Shown here: positions 51,101 to 62,986 of the stretch, piece after piece
Layout of the letters: each line of letters starts with the position of its first letter
How positions within the stretch are numbered: the stretch's first letter is position 1
Assembly: GCA_965209035.1 (NCBI GenBank)
Contig: OZ242372.1
Location: forward strand, 2,048,001-2,112,000
Length of the DNA stretch: 64,000 bases
Reading direction: 5' to 3'
Source: Gammaproteobacteria bacterium
GTDB taxonomy: Bacteria > Pseudomonadota > Gammaproteobacteria > CBDBNL01 > JAAOII01
Translations under genes and position numbers: made by a program
Notes under the pieces: model-generated
Seen by the model: only the letters and a program-made list of their open reading frames with translations
What the model was told of the DNA's origin: nothing
Databases searched by the model: none

Positions 51101-54100
51101 CGACTGTCAGCGAAATCACGATCAAGGGAGATGGAGGTGAAGGTGTGAACGGGACTTCTACTGAGACCAATGATCCGAGTAAGGTTGAAAATACCTTGTC
51201 TTTTCGCCTGCGAACGCCGGATATCTGGACGCGGGAAGAGATCACCGTTGGTAGATATATTGAAAGGATCAATGCAACCGGTGTCGCCGGCACGGGAGGT
51301 GTTGAGGGTTTGACTGCGTTTGCAACTTCCGAACTTCTCGGCGTGTATGTGGAAGCAGGCGCCGGTAACTTGTCGGAAACTACGAGCACGACTGATGAGA
51401 CCGAACCAGATCCGAGTGTTTCCAAGCCCATCATCTTTAATGTGTGGGTTGGCGACAGGCAGGTCAACACAGACTATGAAATTGATATTGTCCGCAAACT
51501 GACAGAGGACGGTTCGGATACGGATGTGGCAAGCATTTCGGTGTCGGCGGCGAATATTGAACGCACAGATGATGAACCTGTGCTGGTATCTGTTGAGGTA
51601 GAGCGTGTGAACTCACAATCATCGGCGTTCACAGTGCGTTACCTTGTGGAAGATCCTGATCTTCTGGAACATTCGGGCCATAATTTGACGGCACAATTCA
51701 TCGCTGCATCGGCTATTCAATTGTTTGAAGCGGGAACGGACACTGAGGGATGTACGATTTCGGTGAATAATGAAGTATTAGAGCGGGCCCCGGAAATTCC
51801 GGCAACCGAGATCCAACAAACCTTTAGCATTACTTTGAATGCGGCGACTTGCGATAACCCATTGCCGGACGGAGGCTATGATGTGGTGACCGACGGTAGA
51901 ATACAGTTTGCTTTGGAGAACTCTGAGGCTGATCTTGCTGTCAGTGACACCGGCACGATTGAAAATTTTGGCGATATACGTGAGACATTAAACTATGATG
52001 TGGATCAGCCCGGTATGTTCACGACACCGGGCGACCAACAAGATCTGATGTTTGACGAAGGAGCGAGCGGCAATATTTTGAGCAGTTTGCCCGATGGGAA
52101 TAGGTTCTGGACGATTACGGATTCCGACTTTGCAAATGACGGCACGGATAGTAATTATGAGTATACATTGGAGGTGACGCGCACATCGGGCGGACCCGCG
52201 GTAGACCCTCTCTTTGAGTGGGTGCGGGTCACTCCCGCAGGCGATCCGGGTGATGCGATTGCGTCGGGAATAGCGGTTGCAGAATCGGCGGCGAGTGGCA
52301 GCACGGCGATCAATCGGACCATCGCCTTTGCCCGGACGCCGGATGATGCGGATGTCGGCACCTATCGAGTGGTCGCGACCATCATGGATACGGGATCCCT
52401 GGGATCCGATGGCATGGCGACGAACACCTACACTGTGGAGATTCGCAATGTTTACGAGGCTCCCGTGGTTGTGGCGCAAGGTGCGAGCATTGAACGCACT
52501 GTGATTGTGACCGGCGATGATGTGACGACCGCGCTCAATGGTGCAACCATTGAGTGGGAAGATTGGAATCTGCCGACAGCAAGCGAGAAAAATGCGCGCA
52601 CCCTCACCGCCAATATTACAGTCACTGTGACGCCGTTAGTTGGCAACTCGGCTCGTAATCTTTTGACGGAAACACACCCGGACGATGCCACTTTTGCGGA
52701 TGTTCGGCGGGAATTGCTGAGCGGAGCGGGGGTGACCGCAACCGGCGGTGGCGGCGGTAGCACTTCCGGTGGTGTTGTGAATGCATATGCGGATTATGAG
52801 GTTTTATTGACAAGAAGTGGCAATCAAACCACTTTGCCGGTAGATCTGCTGCTGCATGCAAGCGATTACAATGAGAATACAAGACATGTGGTGACATTGG
52901 AAGTGGTGCCTCAAGTTGGCGGTGTTGAGCAAGACGGGGTAACAGAGGGCTTCCCGACGCATACGATCACCTACCCGGAAAACTTTGATCCGGTCACCGC
53001 CGAGAATTCCGGCTTTTTGGTGCCGGACACCCTGATCGAAAGTGAGCGTGTTCGAGGTTCGACTACTATGGCTCACAACACTCTGACTTTTTGGATGGTG
53101 ACGCCGGATATCTATACGAATGAGAGTTTGAGTCTCAGCGATGAGGATGCCTTAGAGAGATATGTTCAAGACATTGGAGTCGTGCCTTTTTATCTCCATC
53201 CAGAGTGGCGTGACCCGGACTTCGAACTTGCGGATAACGCACCGTCTAATGCCGACTTGCAAGGAGCGGAGGCCAGTTTCCCCCAAAGTTTTGATGTTTC
53301 CGGTGTGGCGAATCTGACAGTCAGGTTCGATCTGTTCATCGGTGATATTGCCGTGGGTGAAGATTCTTTGGGAGTGGAATATTCCGTATGCTCCGATGCA
53401 ACCTGCGGTTCACCAACCCTTGTTCCAGGTGCACTGCCGGGTCCGATACAAAGGAGAGAGGATGATGCTTTTATTTCTCGTCAATTAAATATTTTCACAC
53501 AGGACACCTCTGGCAGCAATGCGTTTAATATTGGTTCTGGCTTTGTAGATTATGATATTCTTGAAACCTTTGATGTCAGTGCCGGGAGCATCCCGAGTGA
53601 CATTCATTGGGATGTCACCTCCGGCAGTTTGAGCAATGTTAATTTTCTGGATGCGTCGGATGTTTCGGTGGTGGTGTGCACTGTGCCGGGAAGTTTTGCA
53701 CTTGATTCCTTGACCGGTCCGGACACTCCGATATTTGGCAGAATACCGTTTCCAGACGATGCTCATATTTTTGCGGGCTTATTCGGTAGCGTTTCACTCC
53801 CCGATGCGGGTGCCGGCATTATCTGTGACGACGGCAGTGTTCTTCCAAGCGGGGACTATCACTTGAATGGAACGCTCACGGTGGAAACTCAGTTGATTAA
53901 TATAACAAGCGGGGCACTGATTGGAGATGGGTTCGCGGATTCTGCGACAGCAGATGTGAGGTCAGCGAGGTTTACATACACCCGGCCTTACGATCTGGTG
54001 GCAAACAACTGTGTTCCGGAAGATCCCTCTTCTATTCCCGTCGAGTTCAGGGATTATCAATATATTTGTACCGAGACGAACTTGACCGAGGTGCGTGATA

Positions 54101-55431
54101 ACCGAGATGGTGATGGAAACATAGTTGGTAATTATGTGTTGACCGATAACATCACATTGACCGAAGACTGGATGCCTATCGGCGATGCCGATGCGCCGTT
54201 CACCGGTAACTTCCACGGCAACAACTTTGAGATTTCCAATCTGTCGGTCGCGGCTGAAGGTGCATATGAATATGCGGGCTTGTTTGGCTATATTAGGGGT
54301 AGTGAGAGTGATCCTGTGGAAATCAGTAATCTGAGCATTGTGGCACATCGTATTGTTGCCGATAATTTGGGAAGCGCTTATGCGGGTGTTCTTGCGGGTA
54401 GGAGTGAGAACAGCGACATTCGTGATGTGTATGTCAACCTTTCGGATGCGGAAGGGATGTCGGATCAGTTGTTGTTGAGTGCCGAAGCGTCCGGGGCTGA
54501 TGGTAATACTCCCGATGCGTTTGCCGGCGGTCTGATTGGTCATAGTATGGACAGCAGGATTACTCGCTCTTATGCTTATGTTGCCGGCAACCTGACGGTG
54601 TCTTCTCGGGAGGGGACTGATACTATCGGGGATATCCAAGTTACGGCAGGCGGTTTGGTTGGCAAGCTAATCGAGGGTTCTATTAACCATTCTTATGCGG
54701 TTGCGACAGGCGATATTGTGGTCAAGTTGCATAGAACCTCCGCTGCTAATGATGATAAAATTTTCGGGTTTGCCGGCGGATTGATAGGACGAACTGACGG
54801 GGGGCTGGTAAATACTTCTTATGCAATTGTAGGCGGTGAGGTTGTTACCGAGGCTGTGTCAACAACAGACACTGCTATAAGACTAAGACATACCCTGGCA
54901 GCCGGTGGCTTGATTGGAAGACATAGCAACGGTGCCGAAGTTGCGAATTCTTATACGATAGTTGAGGGCGGTGTTTATGTCAGAGCAGGTCGGATAACCG
55001 CTTCAAGGGGTGATGCGGGTGCTCTAGTGGGACATCTTACCGGCAGCGAATCAGAAATTTTGGATAGTTATGCGGTTGCAACTGGTGTTGCCAGTGAACA
55101 TGGACACAACGCCGCGGCTGGTGGTGTTGTTGGGTTTTTACCCCCATCCCCAGGTTTTGTCTTTGCCGACGTCGTAACCAATTCCTATTACAATTCTAAC
55201 TCTGTAATTACTGTGTTGGCGGGTAATGATTCTGATCTATCGACCGATAATGTGCGCATTGTGTCTGAGTTACGAGGAGGAAAAACCGGTACTACTTATG
55301 TAGGTTGGAGTGAGGATATTTGGAACTTCGGGACTGCTGCAGAATTGCCGATCTTGGTTGGTCTGCCGCCTTGTCCTAATAGGAGTCCTACGTTGAACTG
55401 TCGCTTGACTACTCGTTAGAAATATGTCGTT

Positions 55432-55498
55432 CCCTGTTTCTCGCGAACAATAACAATCAATCGTTTGTTGTTCTCGGGGAAACGGGGGGTAGGTGGGT
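55432..55498 (+). terminator. Long hairpin just after the giant gene stop (terminator or 3' stabiliser)
   Basis: CCCTGTTTC..GAACAATAA pairs with TTGTTGTTC..GAAACGGGG using G-U pairs; no clear U tract. Confidence 0.45.
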
Positions 55499-55806
55499 GG
55501 CATCATAAGTTAAATAGGCGAGTTCAAAGGAATAAACTTAAAAAAACTTGAAAAAACTTGAAAGAAACTTTCTGATTTTGACCCGGTTCGGTTCCTAGCC
55601 TGCGGACAAATAAAAGAACATCGTTTATTGTTAAATTCGTCACAAAGGCATTCGTTATTAAAGATACGCTCTTTTTGTCGGATGAAACCAAGTATGCAAC
55701 GCATATTCGCCATGCCATATAGAAGAGAAGTATAATAAGTTTATGAGACATCCAATAAGCCGGCGTTTGCGGGAAAGATAAAAAGAGCATTGAGGTTATT
55801 GTTATC

Positions 55807-56727
55807 ATGCACCCTTTGAACTGGCTGCTTCTGTTTTTCTTGGCGTGTCTTTGGGCGGTGTCTTTCCCGGCGTTTTCGGTGGCATTGACCGAGTTGAGCC
55901 CTATTTCAACGGTCTTCTGGCGTTTGTTCCCCGCCGGCATCGCGATGATGGTATTGGCGCTTATTATGGGGCACCGTTTTCCGCTGCGTTTCAAGTTCTG
56001 GTTTCCGTTTATTATTCTCGGCATATTCTTTAATCTTGCCCCCTTCCTCTTGATTGCAACGGGGCAAAAATACATAGAAGCGGGCTTGGCATCCATTCTC
56101 AATGCGACCACGCCAATCTTTACCGGTGCTTTGGCGCATTTTGTGTTTGCCAGCGAGAGATTAAACCTCTTGAAAGTTTTCGGTCTTCTCCTTGGTCTTT
56201 TCGGAATCAGTATTTTGTTTGGCATAGATGCTTTGACGAATTTTGATCCGCGCAATTTCGGGCAACTTCTTATCCTCTTGGCAGGCTGCTGCTATGCATT
56301 TTCCGGTGTCTTTGCAAAAAAATTCGTCATGAATTATTCCGTTATCAAAACCACGGCGGCGATGTTATTTTGTTCCGGTATGTTGTCGTTTTTTGTTTCT
56401 CTTTTTATCGCAGGCCCGCCACAACTTGCCCGCACAGCCGAGGTTTGGGGCGCTCTTATGTTCATGTCTTTCGGCGGAACCGCGGCGGCCTATGTTCTGT
56501 ATTACCTTCTTATGCGAAAAATGGGGGCAACCGGTGTTTCTTTGGTAACTTTCATTGTTCCGCCCATCGCAATATTTGTCAGTTGGGTGTTGCTGCGTGA
56601 GACGCTTGGTCTGAACGCCTATGCGGGTATGGCTGTTATTTTTCTTTCTTTGGTTTGTATGGATGCGCGGGTTCAGAAATTTTACTCCCGACTGAGAGAG
56701 GGCGCGGGTGTTCGGAGTGCGTCCTAG
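55807..56727 (+). CDS. DMT/EamA family transporter
   Basis: About 10 TM in two EamA repeats (W..SF, AG.ASIL.AT.PIF, LL.E.L). Confidence 0.88.
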   Translation: MHPLNWLLLFFLACLWAVSFPAFSVALTELSPISTVFWRLFPAGIAMMVLALIMGHRFPLRFKFWFPFIILGIFFNLAPFLLIATGQKYIEAGLASILNATTPIFTGALAHFVFASERLNLLKVFGLLLGLFGISILFGIDALTNFDPRNFGQLLILLAGCCYAFSGVFAKKFVMNYSVIKTTAAMLFCSGMLSFFVSLFIAGPPQLARTAEVWGALMFMSFGGTAAAYVLYYLLMRKMGATGVSLVTFIVPPIAIFVSWVLLRETLGLNAYAGMAVIFLSLVCMDARVQKFYSRLREGAGVRSAS

Positions 56728-56798
56728 TATGTCCTAAGTATGTCCTAGTGCGTCCTACGAGAACAGTCACACAAAATGAATAAAGGCAAAGACAAGAG

Positions 56799-57338
56799 AT
56801 GAACAACTGCTTAATTGAAGTGGTTCGGGATGGCTTTTTGGCAATAGTAGCGGACGAAATTGGGCTTGTTTCCGTTTCTCTCGGTGAGGAACGAGAGAAA
56901 CTTGCAAACGACATACAACAACGGTTCGGTGTTTCGGCGGACGAGACCGGCCGAGCGTCTGCATCCTCTTTCCCCGCTTTATCCGTCGGGATGAGAACAT
57001 TAAGAGGCTATTTAAACGGTAACAACGACGATTTGAGTGATCTCAAACTGCATATTACAGGGACGGATTTTCAACAAAGAGTCTGGCGGCAGCTTGCCGG
57101 TATTCCGCGCGGAATGACCTTGAGTTACGAAGAACTTGCCGCCGCATTAAACAGCCACCCGCGTGCCGTCGGCGGTGCTTGCGCGGCCAACGATCTTGCC
57201 GTGGTGATTCCTTGTCATCGCATACTGCCAAAACCAAAAGGCGGTGGCGGTGGTATGGGGAATCCCGACTTGGGGCATTACAGATGGGGGACGAAATGGA
57301 AACGCAGGCTGTTGCGTCTGGAACATTCTATTATATAA
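56799..57338 (+). CDS. ogt: Methylated-DNA--protein-cysteine methyltransferase
   Basis: GTDFQQRVW..L..IP.G...SY, RAVGGAC..N, IPCHR active site. Confidence 0.9.
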   Translation: MNNCLIEVVRDGFLAIVADEIGLVSVSLGEEREKLANDIQQRFGVSADETGRASASSFPALSVGMRTLRGYLNGNNDDLSDLKLHITGTDFQQRVWRQLAGIPRGMTLSYEELAAALNSHPRAVGGACAANDLAVVIPCHRILPKPKGGGGGMGNPDLGHYRWGTKWKRRLLRLEHSII

Positions 57339-57373
57339 GAAGGCGAAGCCTGTTGAGTAAGTTCTCCCCAAAG

Positions 57374-58156
57374 ATGCCGCAGCCAACCATACTAACAGAC
57401 CCAACGGGGCCAACAGACCCAACAGACCCAACAAAGCCAACAGGGCCAACAAAGATGCCTTCAACAGTTCTTGCCGATGTGATGACCCAACTGGAAAATT
57501 ACGGAACGGCGCAGAACAGAAAAATTTATGTGCGACACGGCGCATCCCCCGACAATGTCTTTGGTGTGAGTTTTGCCAACTTGAACATCCTTCTTAAAAA
57601 GATCCGGCGCGACCATTCTTTGGCAACCCAACTTTGGGCGACCGGCAATTACGATGCGCGCAATCTGGCAACCAAGATTGCCGATCCGTCAAAAATGAAT
57701 ATTACGGTGGCTAATCGTTGGGTGAGTTCCGCGGACAATTATCTGCATTCCTCCCTTTTGGGTGGGATGCTTGCACGCTCGCCTGTGGCAAAGCAATTGA
57801 TGCAAAAGTGGTGTGCCTCCCGGAAAGAATTTACCAAGCAAAGCGGTTATGCGTTACTGAGTGCCTGCTTGCGAGACAATGCCGATGCGATTTCGGCGGG
57901 AACCGGTCGGGACTATTTGCGTTTAATAGAAACGGAAATTCATCGCAGTCCCAACTGGGCGCGGTATTCTATGAATTGGTCTTTGATAGCGATTGGAACC
58001 TACATAGATGCTCTTGCGGATGAGGCGGTGGAAACGGCCGGGCGGATTGGCAAGGTGGAAGTAGATCATGGAGAAACATCATGTAAAACACGGGCTGCGG
58101 CCGCTTATATTGTCAAGGCGCGTGATCATCCGAAACGCAAACGCGCCCGCCGTTGA
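57374..58156 (+). CDS. DNA alkylation repair protein (AlkD-like HEAT repeat); start at 57374 or 57455
   Basis: FGV....L....KKI..DH.LA..LW.TGNYDAR, MN..LIAIG, IGKVEVDHG.T.CK; lies between ogt and tag. Confidence 0.8.
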   Translation: MPQPTILTDPTGPTDPTDPTKPTGPTKMPSTVLADVMTQLENYGTAQNRKIYVRHGASPDNVFGVSFANLNILLKKIRRDHSLATQLWATGNYDARNLATKIADPSKMNITVANRWVSSADNYLHSSLLGGMLARSPVAKQLMQKWCASRKEFTKQSGYALLSACLRDNADAISAGTGRDYLRLIETEIHRSPNWARYSMNWSLIAIGTYIDALADEAVETAGRIGKVEVDHGETSCKTRAAAAYIVKARDHPKRKRARR

Positions 58157-58187
58157 TGTTAATTCGCTCGGATAGATTCGTAATCCT

Positions 58188-58790
58188 GTGAAGCAACAGC
58201 CTGAATCCGCGAAGGAACGGGAACAAGACAAAAAGAGGTGTAAATGGTGTCTCGGACACCCTCTTTATGTTGCCTATCATGACGAGGAGTGGGGTGTGCC
58301 GGTGTTTGACGACAGAAAACTCTTTGAGATGCTGCTCTTGGAGGGATGTCAGGCGGGGTTAAGTTGGCTCACCATACTGAAAAGACGAGAGAATTATCGC
58401 GAGTCTTACGATGGGTTTGATTTTAACAAAATAGCCGAGTATAACGACAAAAGATGTGAGGAGTTGCGGCAGGATGCCGGCATCATTCGCAACAGGCTCA
58501 AGATAAAAGCATCGGTCCTCAATGCCCGGGCATTTATCCGACTGCGGGAAGAGAAGGGGAGTTTTGCGAATTACCTTTGGGACTTTACGGACGGCAAACA
58601 GATCGTGAGTTCGGTTGCCACAATGCAGGATGTTCCCGCCACAACCCCGTTGAGTGATCGCATTTCCAAAGACTTAAAAAAACGCGGCTTTGGTTTTGTC
58701 GGTAGTACGATTGTTTATGCGTTCTTACAAGCTGTTGGGGTGACGGACGATCATTTAAACGATTGTTGGCGAAAGAGGGGAGGGGGATGA
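58188..58790 (+). CDS. tag: DNA-3-methyladenine glycosylase I
   Basis: RC.W, YHDEEWG, LFE.L.LEG.QAGLSW.TIL, IIRNRLKI, F.FVG.T, DH...C. Confidence 0.95.
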   Translation: MKQQPESAKEREQDKKRCKWCLGHPLYVAYHDEEWGVPVFDDRKLFEMLLLEGCQAGLSWLTILKRRENYRESYDGFDFNKIAEYNDKRCEELRQDAGIIRNRLKIKASVLNARAFIRLREEKGSFANYLWDFTDGKQIVSSVATMQDVPATTPLSDRISKDLKKRGFGFVGSTIVYAFLQAVGVTDDHLNDCWRKRGGG

Positions 58791-58893
58791 ACAGTTTAAG
58801 TTTCTATGTTTCCATGTTTCCATTGCATCCCTTTGACGGATGTCTTGGAAACATCAAAACCCAAATATTCCTTAAATCGTTTTCAAACCGTTT

Positions 58894-59586
58894 TCAAACC
58901 GTTTTCTTGTTTTCGGCGGGTTTGGTCATCTCGGCTTCGGCGTAAAACTTGATACCGCGTTTTATTCTGCTGCGGCCCTTGGCAAGTCTCCATTTGTTGG
59001 TATCGCGCAGACTGAACACGCAACCGCAATATTCTTGCTGATAAAACTGTTCTTCCTTGGCGATCAGGATCATGCGTTCCGCGCCGCCTTTTTTACGCCA
59101 GTTATGCGTCCAATAGTGCATATCGGGGTAGCGCACCGCGGCACGCTCACCGCAGGCATTGATTTGGTCCAGGTTTTTCCATCTTGAGATCCCAAGCGAA
59201 CTTGTGATGACACTAAAGTTATTTTCATAGGCAAATAATGCGGTGCGTTCAAAACGCATATCAAAACACAGAGTGCAGCGATGTCCGCGCTCCGGTTCAT
59301 TCTCGTAACCGCGGATCCGCTCAAACCAGTTATCCGTATCATAGTCGGCATCTTCAAAGGGGATGCCCAGTTTTTTACAATATCTGATATTTTCCGCTTT
59401 ACGGATATCGTATTCTGTTCTCGGGTGGATATTCGGATTGTAGAAAAAAACAGTCAGATGTAAGCCGGAAGCGATGATGGCTTCCATGATCTCGCCCGCA
59501 CAGGGAGCACAGCAAGAATGCATCAGAACTCGCTCACTTTTGTTTGGAGTGGTTAGAGTTTCCCGGGAAACAGCGGCAGTGGTCAT
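58894..59586 (-). CDS. queH: Epoxyqueuosine reductase QueH (DUF208)
   Basis: [36 protein letters not shown]. Confidence 0.92.
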   Translation of the reverse strand: MTTAAVSRETLTTPNKSERVLMHSCCAPCAGEIMEAIIASGLHLTVFFYNPNIHPRTEYDIRKAENIRYCKKLGIPFEDADYDTDNWFERIRGYENEPERGHRCTLCFDMRFERTALFAYENNFSVITSSLGISRWKNLDQINACGERAAVRYPDMHYWTHNWRKKGGAERMILIAKEEQFYQQEYCGCVFSLRDTNKWRLAKGRSRIKRGIKFYAEAEMTKPAENKKTV

Positions 59587-60206
59587 GACGGCAATAGTCC
59601 GAGTTTGGCAAGAAGATCTTTCAAGTTTTTCTGTTGATAGTTGCGACGCAGCCGGTGACAGTAAACAATGGTGGCAAGGTCTTCCAATGCCTTGTTAAAA
59701 TCTTCGTTCACGATCAGGTAGTCAAACCGATCATAGTGCCGCATTTCCGAGACGGCTTCTTTAAGGCGGTGGTCAATCACTGCGGAAGAATCGGCGGCAC
59801 GCGTTTCCAATCTTGCTCGCAGGGTGTTCATGTCCGGCGGCAGAATAAAAATCATAACCGCCTTGGGGTACTGTTTTTGTATTTGAACCGCACCTTGCCA
59901 ATCAATTTCCAGCAGGACATCTCGCCCGTCGTTTAACATCCTTTCTATTTCCCGCCGCGGCGTTCCGTAATAATTGCCGAAGACCTCCGCGTGTTCTATG
60001 AATTCTCCTTGCTCGCGCATCTTTGTAAACTCTTCAACCGAGGCGAAATAATAATTTTTTGTATGTGTTTCGTTTTCTCTTTTGGGACGCGTGGTATAGG
60101 ATACGGACAAGCACAGCTCGTCAAGTTTTTGCAAAAGTGCTTTTACCAGGCTGGTTTTTCCCGCTCCGGAAGGAGCCGATACAACGAACAGATTATTACA
60201 ATTCAT
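59583..60206 (-). CDS. gmk: Guanylate kinase
   Basis: [36 protein letters not shown]; ATG at 60206. Confidence 0.96.
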   Translation of the reverse strand: MNCNNLFVVSAPSGAGKTSLVKALLQKLDELCLSVSYTTRPKRENETHTKNYYFASVEEFTKMREQGEFIEHAEVFGNYYGTPRREIERMLNDGRDVLLEIDWQGAVQIQKQYPKAVMIFILPPDMNTLRARLETRAADSSAVIDHRLKEAVSEMRHYDRFDYLIVNEDFNKALEDLATIVYCHRLRRNYQQKNLKDLLAKLGLLPS

Positions 60207-60228
60207 AAGTTCAAGGACGACCCAAGGA

Positions 60229-61605
60229 TCATGCGGGCGAGTATGCCGGCAACCTTTTCGCGCCACAAACAGGTTCGTCGCGGTCGGTGATGGGAATGCC
60301 GCGCAAGGAATGATTAAGAGCCTCGATAATCTTGATGTCGGCAAACTCGCCTATGGCGTGCCGGTCTGCGGTTGCCTTAAAGTGGGTGAGTCTGTTGTTG
60401 TCCGTGCGTCCTTGCAAGAGGCTCGGATCTTTTTTTGAATAATCGTTGATTAAGATGCGTTGCACTGTGCCGACCATGTTTTGGCTAATTGAGGCGGTTT
60501 GTTCGTTCAAGAGTTGTTGTAATCTTTGTAAACGTTCGTTCTTTTCGGCATGCGAGGTTTCGTCCGCGTAATAGGACGCAGGTGTTCCCGGTCTCGGACT
60601 GTAAAGAAAACTAAACGATTTGTCAAAATGCAGTTCTCGGACCAATTGCATGGTTCTTTCAAAATCTTCGGCGGTTTCGCCGGGAAAGCCAACAATGAAA
60701 TCTGAAGAAAGAGCGAGTTCCGGGCGGGCCGCGCGCAACCGGTATATTTTTTCTTTGTATTCCAAGACAGTGTAATCGCGTTTCATCCTTGCCAAGATCC
60801 TATCCGAACCGCTCTGGACGGGAAGGTGTAAATGACTGACCAGTTGCGGCAGATGTTTGTAAGCATCCGTCAGTGTGCGAGTGACTTCCACCGGGTGGGA
60901 TGTGGTGTATCTAATGCGTTCAATGCCGTCTGTTTCCGCCACCCGAAACAACAAAGCGGCAAAATCGGTCTTTTCGTGCAAATACGCGTTGACATTTTGG
61001 CCGAGCAGAGTGATTTCTTTGACGCCCTGTTGTGCCAGCACCGCAATTTCACGCAAAATATCATCCCGGGGGCGGTTTACTTCTTCGCCGCGCGTATAGG
61101 GGACCACACAAAACGAACAGTATTTGCTACAGCCTTCCATAATAGAAACGAAGGCTTCGGTCCCTTCGGTGCGCGGCGGCGGAAGATGATCAAACTTTTC
61201 AATTGCCGGAAAACTGATGTCCATAACGGATATGTTCTTTTTGGATACAACTTGGCGAATCAGTGCGGGCAACCGATGAATGGTTTGCGGGCCAAAAATC
61301 ACATCCACATAGGGAGCGCGCTTGAGAATCATGTCGCCTTCCAACGAAGCCACACAACCGCCTACGCCGAGCAAGATGTCTTTGTTTTTAGTCTTTAGTT
61401 TTTTCCATTGACCGAGGCGTGAGAAGACCTTTTCGTGCGCCTTTTCCCGCACGGAGCAGGTATTCATTAGAAGTAAACGGGCATCCTCCGGTCTGTCGGT
61501 GCGTGACATATTAAAGTGCGAACACAGAATATCCGCTATTTTTTGCGAGTCATACACATTCATCTGGCAGCCGTGGCTTTCAATGAAAAACTTTTTATTT
61601 TTCAT
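60229..61605 (-). CDS. miaB: tRNA-2-methylthio-N6-dimethylallyladenosine synthase
   Basis: [32 protein letters not shown] radical-SAM motif, TRAM domain. Confidence 0.96.
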   Translation of the reverse strand: MKNKKFFIESHGCQMNVYDSQKIADILCSHFNMSRTDRPEDARLLLMNTCSVREKAHEKVFSRLGQWKKLKTKNKDILLGVGGCVASLEGDMILKRAPYVDVIFGPQTIHRLPALIRQVVSKKNISVMDISFPAIEKFDHLPPPRTEGTEAFVSIMEGCSKYCSFCVVPYTRGEEVNRPRDDILREIAVLAQQGVKEITLLGQNVNAYLHEKTDFAALLFRVAETDGIERIRYTTSHPVEVTRTLTDAYKHLPQLVSHLHLPVQSGSDRILARMKRDYTVLEYKEKIYRLRAARPELALSSDFIVGFPGETAEDFERTMQLVRELHFDKSFSFLYSPRPGTPASYYADETSHAEKNERLQRLQQLLNEQTASISQNMVGTVQRILINDYSKKDPSLLQGRTDNNRLTHFKATADRHAIGEFADIKIIEALNHSLRGIPITDRDEPVCGAKRLPAYSPA

Positions 61606-61733
61606 TTTTATCGGACAGAATTGCCGGGATGACTTGCATTGCTTGCCTTACTTGCATATGTTTGGTGGAAACTTACTTCTTCTTAAATGGTGTTAACAAA
61701 ATTATAGTATAAGAGGAATCAGACGCCGAAGCA

Positions 61734-62867
61734 TTAAGAAGAAAGAGCGGAGCAAACCGTAGCCAAAAAGGAGCGGCCGCCGGCCGGCTTGTAGCCGCGG
61801 CGGATGTTGTCTTTGGCAATGGCAACGACCGATCTGCAGTATTTTGCAAGAATGCCATAGGCGCGCAGGATGGGAGTGTTTGGATGATACAGATGTCCCG
61901 GTTCGCCCATAACACCGTTGAGTTCTATGATCTTCAAATTCCGAGCCTGCTTGAGATCTGCGTCGCCGGGAGCAATCAGATCGTATCTGCCGACATAAAA
62001 GTCGGGCAGTGCTTTGCTAATATTGTCTATGTGTTCTTCCAATTGCGGGGTAATGAGATCCGGGGCGGAGCGAAACACAGTCCCGCGTGAGTGGGCGCCT
62101 ATGGTAACAAGTTGGATCTGTTGATTTTTTAGAGGAACGGAATGCAGTTGATCCGCATGGAAGGCAAAGTGTATTTTTGCCATGATGAATGCGCGCGGAT
62201 GTTGCAAAATCAATCTTTCCAGAGTATTGATTCCGTCCCCGTTCAAGACAATTTTTTCCTTACGTATGAGAGAGTCAATTTGCCCCTTTTTCCGGCCGGG
62301 CAACCGAATATAATGGATGCCGTACTCGGGACCCGAGATGTATTCTTGGACCAGGTGATCCTGTTCCGGGCGGGGACCTGCCAGGAAATTTTGCAATTCC
62401 GATGCATTGTGAATAATATGCACATCTTTACCTCTCTCGCCGCTTTCCGGCTTAATGACCAGAGGATAGGCGTTGAATTTTTTTTGAAAAACGGTGATTC
62501 GATGATGCCATTTTGAATATTCATTCCGGGGCAAATGTATACAGCCCGCAACATCCTTGCCGAACTTGGGATGTTTGGCGAGAGGAGATAAGATTTTTGT
62601 TTTTGGAGTATGAAAGGGGTTTTGCATCCCGGGATTTACCGGGGTGAGAAGATCAAGACGTCTGCAAGGAATGCAAAGGTAAAGGTAATACATGACAATC
62701 GGCAAGTAAAACAAGGGTGTTGGCCAGAATTCGTATCGGGTTAAGCGAATAAAAAATGCCAAACATAAACGCCTTCGTTTGTAATTGGTGGCAAGCCACA
62801 GGAAACCGCATGCAACCAAAACACAGGCAATCAAAATGATAACTGACAGAATCCAAAATTTGGTCAT
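61734..62867 (-). CDS. Membrane-anchored ATP-grasp fold protein
   Basis: N-terminal TM, YEFWP, PLVIKP..GERG, LVQEYI.G.EYG, GRYD, IIELNG. Confidence 0.75.
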   Translation of the reverse strand: MTKFWILSVIILIACVLVACGFLWLATNYKRRRLCLAFFIRLTRYEFWPTPLFYLPIVMYYLYLCIPCRRLDLLTPVNPGMQNPFHTPKTKILSPLAKHPKFGKDVAGCIHLPRNEYSKWHHRITVFQKKFNAYPLVIKPESGERGKDVHIIHNASELQNFLAGPRPEQDHLVQEYISGPEYGIHYIRLPGRKKGQIDSLIRKEKIVLNGDGINTLERLILQHPRAFIMAKIHFAFHADQLHSVPLKNQQIQLVTIGAHSRGTVFRSAPDLITPQLEEHIDNISKALPDFYVGRYDLIAPGDADLKQARNLKIIELNGVMGEPGHLYHPNTPILRAYGILAKYCRSVVAIAKDNIRRGYKPAGGRSFLATVCSALSS

Positions 62868-62986
62868 TGCTTTTTACCCGGATGTTTGAGAGAACTTTAT
62901 TTTGCTGCTTTCGCTTTTGCGGTGCTTGGGGGAAGAACCGATGCGAGCGATCGATTGTTCAAAATAACCAAATGATCATAACGAAG

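Larger units (their letters stand above)
42639..55419 (+). pseudogene. Giant surface lipoprotein (3823 aa when restored; cadherin-like repeats, C-terminal GLUG-like domain) interrupted by IS481
   Basis: AGGAG RBS; lipobox FLTAC at Cys92. Joining 43879 to 45189 gives in-frame ETCSYYAAVNIDLTDVNEAP; D.N.AP/NVNEP motifs; W.PIG...FTGNF.G and GGLIG repeats. Confidence 0.88.

Noticed and set aside
45241-55419. 3392-aa ORF as an independent gene, autotransporter or RTX protein
   Set aside because: It has a TTG start without a signal peptide, is the in-frame continuation of 42639..43879, and shows no C-terminal barrel or GGXGXD repeats.
55524-56255. 243-aa minus-strand ORF
   Set aside because: Antisense shadow of the EamA transporter with no recognisable motifs.
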